DNA from: Thermoplasmata archaeon
GTDB taxonomy: Archaea > Thermoplasmatota > Thermoplasmata > Thermoplasmatales > ARK-15
DNA: 25,662 bases
Assembly (NCBI GenBank): GCA_039794005.1
Contig: JBAMMA010000013.1
Location: 1 to 25,662 of the forward strand
Reading direction: 5' to 3'
Shown here one piece after another: positions 1 through 8,337 of the stretch. The translations under genes and the position numbers were made by a program. Position 1 is the stretch's first letter; the number at the start of each line of letters is the position of its first letter. The notes beneath the pieces were generated by a model, which did not search any database, had not been told where the DNA came from, and saw only the letters and a list, made by a program, of their open reading frames with translations.

Positions 1-173
1 CAATTTGACTTAAAAAATTATCATATGAAATAATGTCTTTTACTAATTCGTAAAGAGTATCCACATTCATTTTACACATATTATAAATCAAATGAATATT
101 AAAATTTTGAAAAACAAAATCTTAATTTAATAAATATTGTTCCTTAACTATATTTATTAAGTTAAAATCATAT

Positions 174-1637
174 TTAAACTATGGGTATTAACCTTAGATT
201 TGGATATTTACCATCATCTATTTCAAGACCAAACAAATTTGTACTTGGCCTGATTCCATAAATGGTCAATGTTCCAAAATTGTTTTTAACATTAAATACA
301 TAGTCGCTCATCTGCAAAATTTCATCCGCCATTTTGAATGGATATCTTACCAGCAAAATCAATGGAACAGAATATATTTTGATCATTCTGATAATGTCCA
401 TTATAATTTCGTTAGATTTATTGGTTCCAAAAATCAATTCCAACGTATCAACATTTATGATAATAACAATTTTATTCATCGAATTTTCCTGAATGATATT
501 TTTTAAAGTTATTTTTAAATCATAGGGATTGTGGGACAATGGAACTATTGATTTTTCTCTTTCCCTTGCATCCTTGTCGAAGAGGTAAGAATTATTCAAT
601 ATTATTGAATCGTCAAAATATTTTTTTAAAGTATTAAAGTAAAAGTCCCTTGATACTATTGGAGATGGAATGTAAATCAGTTTTCTATTGTTCAGGGAAT
701 TTAAAATTATTGGTATTATTATGAAAAAGTAATCTCCATAGGAGATATTTTCGCAAAAGTAAAATGTAAGGGTCTTTCCTTTTTCGAGACCATTCCCTAA
801 AGCTTCGTTAATTTCATTCCATGGCAACTTAAAATTCTCATTATCTTCAAGTACCGGTTTAAATGATCCCTCTTCGTAATTTTCCTGTATATTTGGCTTC
901 AAGATATTAAATCTGCCTTCATTTAAAGAAAATAAATACAATGAATTATCTATATGGGTGTTTCTTAATTTATTTATTCTTAATTTTCTAATTCTTCTTG
1001 TTTCTTCAATATCATATGAAAATTCTAATATTACATCACATAATGCATCTAAAGAAGATTCCTCGGTTTTCTCTACGGAAAATATAAAAATATCATTAGT
1101 CTTTTTGAATATATCCTCCTGTAATGAAATTACGAGGGATTCTTCATCGATATTGTATTTAGATGCTAAACCTTCTATGGAATCTATGATAACAATATAT
1201 TTTTTATTTGTATCCTCCTCCAACTTTTTATAGATATAATCAATTTCAGGTACAGCTTTCATCTTAAAATATTTGTTATAAAATATTCTGGTTATCATTT
1301 TTTCTTCAACAGTGTTTGAAATAACTTCCTTGGCGTTTTGCCTTAAATTTTCTTTATTCTTTTCCTTTAAATTATCTTCGTATAAAATTTTCAGTAAAGC
1401 CTGACTGGAAATAACTAATGAAATCTTCTTTTCTAAACTTTTCAACCAAGGAAATTGATTATAAAGTACATCAACATTAACCCTCGTGCTAAAATAGATT
1501 ATTTCATATGAATCTTTTAGATAATCGGACAACGTCAATAAAAATGTGGTTTTACCTGAACCCGGCATTCCCTTTACCATCATAGTAAAGCCAACATTCA
1601 TTGAGATTATTCTGTTCAATTCATTTAAATATTTCAT
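174..1637 (-). CDS. GvpD-like / RAD55-KaiC superfamily P-loop ATPase, paralog 1 (active-looking N-terminal RecA-fold domain plus degenerate C-terminal repeat)
   Basis: 487 aa ORF. Walker A GMPGSGKTT, YFSTRV motif as in halophile GvpD (YVSTRV), Walker B IVIIDS, KLR arginine-finger motif. The second domain starts with PWNEINEALGNG but lacks Walker A. G-rich RBS upstream. Confidence 0.8.
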   Translation of the reverse strand: MKYLNELNRIISMNVGFTMMVKGMPGSGKTTFLLTLSDYLKDSYEIIYFSTRVNVDVLYNQFPWLKSLEKKISLVISSQALLKILYEDNLKEKNKENLRQNAKEVISNTVEEKMITRIFYNKYFKMKAVPEIDYIYKKLEEDTNKKYIVIIDSIEGLASKYNIDEESLVISLQEDIFKKTNDIFIFSVEKTEESSLDALCDVILEFSYDIEETRRIRKLRINKLRNTHIDNSLYLFSLNEGRFNILKPNIQENYEEGSFKPVLEDNENFKLPWNEINEALGNGLEKGKTLTFYFCENISYGDYFFIIIPIILNSLNNRKLIYIPSPIVSRDFYFNTLKKYFDDSIILNNSYLFDKDAREREKSIVPLSHNPYDLKITLKNIIQENSMNKIVIIINVDTLELIFGTNKSNEIIMDIIRMIKIYSVPLILLVRYPFKMADEILQMSDYVFNVKNNFGTLTIYGIRPSTNLFGLEIDDGKYPNLRLIPIV

Positions 1638-2071
1638 AATATACCCCCCAAATTTTTATTTTTTATTTGGTAATAATATTTTTATAATTTTTATTACCGT
1701 AATAATTTATTTAAATTTTACTAATTTTTTAATTGTTAAAAATGAGAGAATATATAAATAATTTAACCATTAAAATCATATATTAATTTATTAAAATTTA
1801 TTAATTAACTATATTGACAATATTAAATAAGAATATTAACTGATGAAAAGATTATTTATTAGTCAAATTAAATAATATAGTTTATTAAAAATAGATAATT
1901 TTGCCCTTGAATGATAAAAATTATCATAAATATTGAGATCAAACAAAAATGGATCATATTAAATTTACAAATTTATATTATAAAATTTTTCAAATTTATT
2001 TAAATGGATATGAATTAAATTTTTAATTAATTTTTATCATGATAAAAATTGGATTTTATGAATTAAAATTC

Positions 2072-2103
2072 TAATGTTGTATAACATAGGTTATACAACA
2101 TTA
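2072..2103. repeat. Perfect inverted repeat; candidate XerA dif / tyrosine-recombinase site
   Basis: TAATGTTGTATAA-CATAGG-TTATACAACATTA. Core 11-6-11 (2074-2101) with inner TATAA-N6-TTATA as in dif sites. The repeat is seen directly; the function is inferred. Confidence 0.6.
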
Positions 2104-2113
2104 TAGTTTTTTG

Positions 2114-3290
2114 GTCAACTATTCCTCGCTAAAGCTTCGGAGCTTGTTGCATGTTTCCCCTAAACTGTGGATGGAATTCATCAAACCGCAACGATCGTCG
2201 GCTGAAAACAGCCTGAAGTACTCGGATGTACCGAATACCCCGACATTCCTTGATGCGTTCAGATTTGCATTAAATTCAAATCCACAATTTCTGTATCTGA
2301 ATGCTGAACTATGCCTGTTATTTTTATCTATATATTCAGACCTTGAACATTTCGGCGATGTGTGTTCGGGATTTACATATACCACAATCTTACCTGAATC
2401 CTCTGCTTTGTATTTTATGAATATTTCCAGTTCTGCCGGTGACCGTGAACCAAGCATCTTCCTGTATTTCTGCCCTGCCCATTTTGCATTCACTTGTGCG
2501 GGATTCAGTGTTTCAAGTGCAATCATATCATATGGATGTGAAACCATTCTCCTGAAAATAATATGATCAACATCACACACGAACCGTCTCTCCCGCCTGG
2601 ATATATTTCGCAATTTTCTTTTGGCAGAGCGGGTGCCTAAGTGCTGTAATCTCCTCTTTAAATATTGATATCTTCCTTTCACTTCCCTAAGATGTTTGCT
2701 GTTGAAAAATATATTGTTCGACAGCACAGCAATGTTCTTTATTCCTCTGTCTATTCCTAATACTTTAACATCCTCTTTTTAATCACCTCCCTATCAGGAA
2801 TCTTTACCTGAACCATTATGAATATTCTTTTACCCTTTCCATATATTATTAATTGAAAATTTGTATATCTGCCCTGTATCTCTCGATTAAGGGGAATGCG
2901 CCACCTGGATATAACAGCCTGTCCGTAACGTGGTATTGGATATCCCATGTGAGTCAGGATAGAATTTGAAAATAATTAATATTTTATTGTTATAGCTTTT
3001 TCATTTATTTTATTCTTAATTTTTATTGACTTCAATTCTTCAGATGACTGATCCTAACCGTCAGAACAAGTACTTATTATTGTGTGAGAATCCTTTCCCT
3101 AACAATTTTGTATCTCCATTTATTGATAGCATTTTTATTGAATGTTCTATTCTCAAAACCATAGAACAGACCCATCAGTGTTTTTTCTTTGAATAGCTTA
3201 CGGTTTCAATGAATGAACTATCATTAAGAAGCTTTAGTCAAATGATTCTGAACAATATATATTAATATAAAAATTTATTAATAAATTTTT
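2114..3290 (-). mobile_element. Remnant IS200/IS605 (IS1341-like, tnpB-only) element
   Basis: tnpB pseudogene followed by a right-end-like imperfect hairpin on the minus strand (AAGCTCCGAAGCTTTAGCGAGGAATAGTTGAC) ending at about 2114. GC is higher than the flanks. The left end is not defined and no tnpA is seen. Confidence 0.65.
2119..3255 (-). pseudogene. tnpB: Degraded TnpB (IS200/IS605 family RNA-guided nuclease)
   Basis: The N-terminus reads MFRII*LKL... and GFENRTFNKNAINK with stops and frameshifts. RuvC-I VLGIDRG is in frame just upstream of the 2119-2727 ORF. RuvC-II IALE is present, as is VNPEHTSPKCS. The Zn ribbon is eroded (CSRS...YRNC) and RuvC-III reads NANLNASRN (D to N). Confidence 0.88.
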
Positions 3291-3889
3291 CAGGTGAGAA
3301 AGGTATGTGTATCTCAACCTCAAGGTCTATGTTTTACTGCTTCCCTTATACTCCTAACTTTTCTATAATAGAAAAGTCATTTAAGAGATGAAATATATCC
3401 GTTTTAGATGCATTAAGTAAACTAAGTAATGTATATAGAATTGAATTGATGGAGAATTGTACACAACTTTAAATGTGAAACATTGATAAAAATAAGTTTT
3501 TCCAGGAAAAAATAGAGGACATAGTATATAAAAATACCTAAAGAGGTAGATAATTAAATTAAAAATTTTTAAAATAAAATATTAATTATTTTCAAATGTT
3601 AAAAAAATAGATGAATAATAAAAATTTTCTCTGTAATACAAACATATGCAATTCCAATTTTTAAATTCTTTTTAAAGGATTATTCCCATAAAAAAGTTAA
3701 TTTAATTAATTTTGTTAATAAATAATATTAATTAAATTAATGATAAGTTTATTTTAATATATTATAATTTATTTTAAATTTGATACTACAATAATTATAA
3801 AATATATTTAAATTTACCTTAAATATTTCAGGAATTTACATTAAAAATCATCGAAAAATTTATTTGATTTGTAATTAATTTTTGAAATA

Positions 3890-4525
3890 ATGGAAATACT
3901 TCATGTTAGTGAATTTGATAGGATGGAAATTCTGGATATATCAAAAAATAGTTTTGAATGGGGTGATTATATTGGTGACGTATTTGATGACTGGATTAAA
4001 AATGGAATTTTTTTGAAAGCGGTCAAAGATGGAATAATTGTGGGTTTTCTGCACATAAGAGAATATGATAAATTTATCTGGCTTGAGGGGTTACGTGTGA
4101 GGGAAAATTACAGGAGGATGGGGATAGGAAGATTGCTTACAACTAAGGCCCTTGAAATGTTTCCTGGAAAAATATCCAGGATGATGATTATGGAAACCAA
4201 TATTCCATCGCTAAGATTGGCTGAAAAATTAAAATTTAAAGTCATAGATAGAATTTATTATAAAGTTGGAGAAAAACTCAATTTTGGTGATATTGTTAAA
4301 AATTATAATCTTAAAATTTCTAATGAAAAATTAAAAGAAAATTATGTTGATGAATGGGTATATTTTGAAAAAGAATATTACACCGGGAATATATATAAAA
4401 ATGAGGAAGGATTAAAGATCCTAAAAACATCTCCACCATTTATTCTAAATGGTGAAGTAGACTTTGAAAGTATTGGGAAATTGAAAGGCGATGAATGTTT
4501 TCTTGTGCTGGAAAGAAAAAATTGA
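3890..4525 (+). CDS. GNAT family N-acetyltransferase
   Basis: 211 aa. Acetyl-CoA motif A WLEGLRVRENYRRMGIG and motif B N-x-x-S-x-x-L-x-x-K-L-x-F. Confidence 0.88.
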   Translation: MEILHVSEFDRMEILDISKNSFEWGDYIGDVFDDWIKNGIFLKAVKDGIIVGFLHIREYDKFIWLEGLRVRENYRRMGIGRLLTTKALEMFPGKISRMMIMETNIPSLRLAEKLKFKVIDRIYYKVGEKLNFGDIVKNYNLKISNEKLKENYVDEWVYFEKEYYTGNIYKNEEGLKILKTSPPFILNGEVDFESIGKLKGDECFLVLERKN

Positions 4526-5058
4526 TTGTCTTTATCATGCAAATAAATATTCAGAGTAAAATTTCTAAATTTTAATTTTTTTGGAAAGAGTATAAAATCT
4601 TTTTAAAATGGAAATGGTTTATGGTTCATATCCCCATGGAATTTTATTTTAACAATTTCAGTTTCTGATCCCCAGATTTTGATTTTCTTTTCAGCTTCAA
4701 TTGCCCTATAAATGAATATTGCTTTCCCTTGTACCGTTTTTATTTTATAATTCATCAAAAATTTTCATTCAAAATTTATGGATGTCATTATAGGTATGAG
4801 AAAAACTTAAAAAAAGTGTTTCAAACTGAATTCTGGGAAGATAAATTCCATTCATGGGGTATGCAAAATTGCGTCATTATAAAATTAAATTGTTTATCCA
4901 CTTTAGAAAATAGCCTAGATGTTTAATCAATAACATAATAAATATATTTAAACTATTAAATTCAACACAAATGAATTAAATTTTTATTTTATTTAGATAA
5001 TAATTAATTTATATTGGAGATGAAAACATATTTTAATGGAATCTTTAATTAATTTAAT

Positions 5059-5733
5059 ATGAAACTATGCCTAGGATCGGATATTCACGGTAATGTAAAA
5101 TCTCTAAGATACTTTATTATGAAATCCAAATCCGTTGATTGTAATTTAATTTTATTGGCGGGGGATCTTTCATCCTGGAAAGATCAGACTTCCATATTTA
5201 ATGTTTTGAAAGAACTTAATTCCTCTGGGATAATAACGGTTGGAGTCCTCGGAAACAGTGATTATGAAAATGATCTTGAATTGATAAAGGATTATGAAAA
5301 CATTTCAATATTACATGGAAATTCAATAACAATTGATGATATAACAATAATTGGTGTCTCAGGGATTCCAAATAATCAAGAACACGGTTCATATTTTTCA
5401 TTACCGGATTCCAAAATTCTGAAATTCTTGACTGATGCACTGAATAATTCAAACAGAAGTAAATATCTAGTATCTATTACACACGTACCACCCATAAACA
5501 TTCTTGATTTAACAAAGAATAACGAACACATTGGTTCTAAGGCTGTAAGATTGTTCATTGAGAAATATCACCCCGATCTGCATTTATGTGGTCATGTTCA
5601 TGAAAGTGAAGGGATTGAGAAATTTGATAATACATTTATTGTGAATCCTGGAATAATGGAATATAAGAAGCAAATATACTATGCTGAAATGGAAGAAGGT
5701 GAAGAAAAAAATATTTTTATAAGGAAATTTTAG
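5059..5733 (+). CDS. Calcineurin-like metallophosphoesterase (Icc-related)
   Basis: 224 aa. Motifs SDIHG, AGDL, GNSD, THVPP, CGHVHE, VNPG. Confidence 0.9.
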   Translation: MKLCLGSDIHGNVKSLRYFIMKSKSVDCNLILLAGDLSSWKDQTSIFNVLKELNSSGIITVGVLGNSDYENDLELIKDYENISILHGNSITIDDITIIGVSGIPNNQEHGSYFSLPDSKILKFLTDALNNSNRSKYLVSITHVPPINILDLTKNNEHIGSKAVRLFIEKYHPDLHLCGHVHESEGIEKFDNTFIVNPGIMEYKKQIYYAEMEEGEEKNIFIRKF

Positions 5734-6286
5734 AGCATATTTTCATAAAAACTTTTTCAAATTCCTGGTAAATTTTTTCATTAAATAAAACGATATTAAC
5801 TTCATCGATTAAATTTCCTTCTCTGTTCAAAAATTCAAATATTGTATTTATGGAGATTTCAGCTGCTTTATCCATTGGAAATCCATAAGCACCGGTACTG
5901 ATGGCTGGAAATGATATGGATTTTATATTATATTTAATTGCCAGCTTAAGGCTATTTTCATAGCTTTTTCTTAATAGTTCATATTCATTGTGATACCCAT
6001 CTATCCATATAGGTCCAACAGTATGTATTACATATCTAGCTTTTAAATTACCACCCGAAGTAATTACGGCTTCACCTGTTGGTAAACCATTCGGATATTG
6101 TTCTTCTCGTATTTTTAAACATTCATAATCCAATTTTGAACCAGCTTTTCTATGTATTGCCCCATCAACACCGCCACCGCCTAATAAAGTGCTATTGGCG
6201 GCATTAACAATTGCATCAACATTTTCTTCCGTTATATCGCCAATTTTTATTTTAAATAACGTATTGTTAATTCGACATTCTTTCAT
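5717..6286 (-). CDS. Macro domain protein, O-acetyl-ADP-ribose deacetylase / ADP-ribosylhydrolase (YmdB/MacroD-like)
   Basis: 189 aa. Motifs GDIT, IVNAANSTLLGGGGVDGAIH, VIHTVGP, FPAISTGAYGFP. Confidence 0.93.
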   Translation of the reverse strand: MKECRINNTLFKIKIGDITEENVDAIVNAANSTLLGGGGVDGAIHRKAGSKLDYECLKIREEQYPNGLPTGEAVITSGGNLKARYVIHTVGPIWIDGYHNEYELLRKSYENSLKLAIKYNIKSISFPAISTGAYGFPMDKAAEISINTIFEFLNREGNLIDEVNIVLFNEKIYQEFEKVFMKICSKISL

Positions 6287-6398
6287 AATTGATAAAATTG
6301 AACAGAAACTAAAAAATTTTTTATATTTAACAAAAATTAAATATTATTATTACCTTTAGAAATAATAATAAAAATTGGTAATCGGAGGGAGGGTAAAA

Positions 6399-7871
6399 AT
6401 GAAAAATTTTGTTGAATTGTTTAAAGTTATAAAACAGAATATTCCCTTTACAATGATGGTAAAAGGAATGCCCGGTTCTGGAAAAACAACCTTTTTATTA
6501 ACATTATCGGATAATTTAAAAGATTCATATGAAGTAATTTATTTTAGTACCAGAGTCAATGTTGATATACTTTATAGCCAATTTCCTTGGCTAAAAAATT
6601 TAGAAAAGAAAATATCTTTAGTAATATCAAGTCAGAGCCTTTTAAAAACTTTGTATGAAAAAAATTTAAAAAATGATGGAAGAGAAAAGATAAAGGAAAA
6701 TGCGAAAGAAGTTATTTCAAATACAGATGAAAATAAAATAATAACCAAAATATATTATAATAAATTCTTTAATATGAAGTCTGTTCCTGAAATAGATTAT
6801 ATCTATAAAAAGCTAGGTGAAGAAAGGGATAAAAAACATCTTGTTATAATTGACTCAATTGAAGGTCTGGCATCTAAATATAATATCGATGAATCATCAA
6901 TTATATTATCCCTTCAAGAGGATATTTTCAAAAAGACTAATGATATCTTAATTTTTTCCGTTGAAACGACGTCAGAAACTGTATTAGATGCGCTTTCTGA
7001 TATAATTTTCGAATTTACCTATGAGATAAAAGATTCAAGAAGGATAAGAAAATTGAAAATTAATAAATTAAGAAACGATTATATCAAAAATTCATCTTAT
7101 CTATTTTCATTAACAAATGGAATATTCAATATATTAAATCCAGAATTAACAATGAATTATGAGGATGGAAAATTTTATCCTCTTCCTGAAAATGATAAAA
7201 ACTTTAAGTTGCCTTGGAATGAAATAAACATAATTATAGGCAATGGTATTCAAGGTGGAAGATCATTGACACTTTATTATGGAGAAAACATTTCATATAG
7301 AGACTATTTATTCATTATTATTCCTATAATTTTAAATGCAATGTATAACAGAAAGTTAATATATATTCCTTCACCCGTTTCATCTAAAGAATACTATTAT
7401 CAGACATTTAAAAAATATATAGATGATGAAATAATTAAAAATAATTCAATCTTTTTCGATAAAGATTTAAGGGAAAGAGAGTCCTTTTCAGTTCCTTTTT
7501 CATTGAATCCAGATGATAATAAATTAACCCTAAAAAATCTAATAGAGGATTTCAAGGGAAAAAATGAAAAAACTGTACTCATTATAAATTCAGATTTATT
7601 TGAAATTTTATTTGGCGTAAAAAAAGCAGCAGAAATAGTATTGGACATATTAAGAATGATCAAAAGTTTCGATATACCATTAATAAACATAATCAGGTAT
7701 CCATATAAAATAACCGATGAAATATCTGAAATGAGTGATTATATATTCAAGATAGAGAACATTGATGGAAATTTATTAATTTACGGTATTAGACCCAATT
7801 CAAATTATTTTGGTTTTGATATTGACGAGGAAAGAAAATATCCCAATATTAAATTAATACCCATATTATAA
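6399..7871 (+). CDS. GvpD-like / RAD55-KaiC superfamily P-loop ATPase, paralog 2
   Basis: Collinear with paralog 1 along its full length and has the same motifs. ATG at 6399 follows a GGAGGGAGG RBS and aligns with the paralog 1 start, so it is preferred over TTG 6375. Confidence 0.8.
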   Translation: MKNFVELFKVIKQNIPFTMMVKGMPGSGKTTFLLTLSDNLKDSYEVIYFSTRVNVDILYSQFPWLKNLEKKISLVISSQSLLKTLYEKNLKNDGREKIKENAKEVISNTDENKIITKIYYNKFFNMKSVPEIDYIYKKLGEERDKKHLVIIDSIEGLASKYNIDESSIILSLQEDIFKKTNDILIFSVETTSETVLDALSDIIFEFTYEIKDSRRIRKLKINKLRNDYIKNSSYLFSLTNGIFNILNPELTMNYEDGKFYPLPENDKNFKLPWNEINIIIGNGIQGGRSLTLYYGENISYRDYLFIIIPIILNAMYNRKLIYIPSPVSSKEYYYQTFKKYIDDEIIKNNSIFFDKDLRERESFSVPFSLNPDDNKLTLKNLIEDFKGKNEKTVLIINSDLFEILFGVKKAAEIVLDILRMIKSFDIPLINIIRYPYKITDEISEMSDYIFKIENIDGNLLIYGIRPNSNYFGFDIDEERKYPNIKLIPIL

Positions 7872-8337
7872 GTAATTCTATTAATATCGTTAATTAATTG
7901 ATTTAAATCAATTACACTATTCATTTATTAAAATATAAATTTCCATAAGAAATATTAATGATACAATTAGTTAAAAGTAATATTTAATAAAATTAAATAT
8001 GTTAATTTATATCATTTATTAAATTATGTATATATTAATTTTAATAAAAAATATTAACTTAATAGAAACATTGACTTATATTTTTATAATATTAAATAAA
8101 TTTTGTCCGATAAAAATCGAAAATAAAATATTTTGAGATATTTATTAAATGATTTTAAATTCAGGTTATTTACAAAAGATTATTTTTAAGATAAAATAAA
8201 TAAGAATTTTTAAATCTATTGTACATGATAAAATTTGTTGATCATACAATTTCATTATAATAATTTTTAATAATTTTAAATCATCATCCAATGTTCAAGA
8301 ATATTTAAATATTATAAAACAATAAAAAAATTTTGAG

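Noticed and set aside
1546-1761. 71-aa + strand ORF and the 958-1233 ORF
   Set aside because: Antisense shadows of ATPase paralog 1 running into AT-rich sequence; no motifs.
1638-2070. Replication origin or CRISPR leader in the AT-rich tract
   Set aside because: No repeated ORB-like G-string boxes, no cdc6/orc1 gene and no regularly spaced direct repeats were seen.
2111-2566. 151-aa + strand ORF
   Set aside because: Antisense to the tnpB RuvC region; no recognisable domain.
2119-2727. Functional stand-alone mini-TnpB/Cas12f
   Set aside because: Lacks the N-terminal REC/WED region, RuvC-I Asp lies upstream of the called start, RuvC-III Asp is Asn and the Zn ribbon is broken. No CRISPR array is nearby.
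3890-4525. GNAT as a type II toxin
   Set aside because: No adjacent small antitoxin ORF, and the sequence looks like a common stand-alone archaeal GNAT.
4729-4926. 65-aa + strand ORF
   Set aside because: TTG start, no RBS and no motif; probably spurious.
174-7871. Gas-vesicle cluster or KaiABC circadian clock
   Set aside because: Only GvpD/KaiC-like ATPases are present; there is no gvpA/C/E/N or kaiA/kaiB in the window.
174-7871. The two ATPase copies as terminal inverted repeats of a composite transposon or an assembly duplication
   Set aside because: The copies differ at many synonymous and non-synonymous positions, and their flanks show no evident similarity. This is an older duplication.
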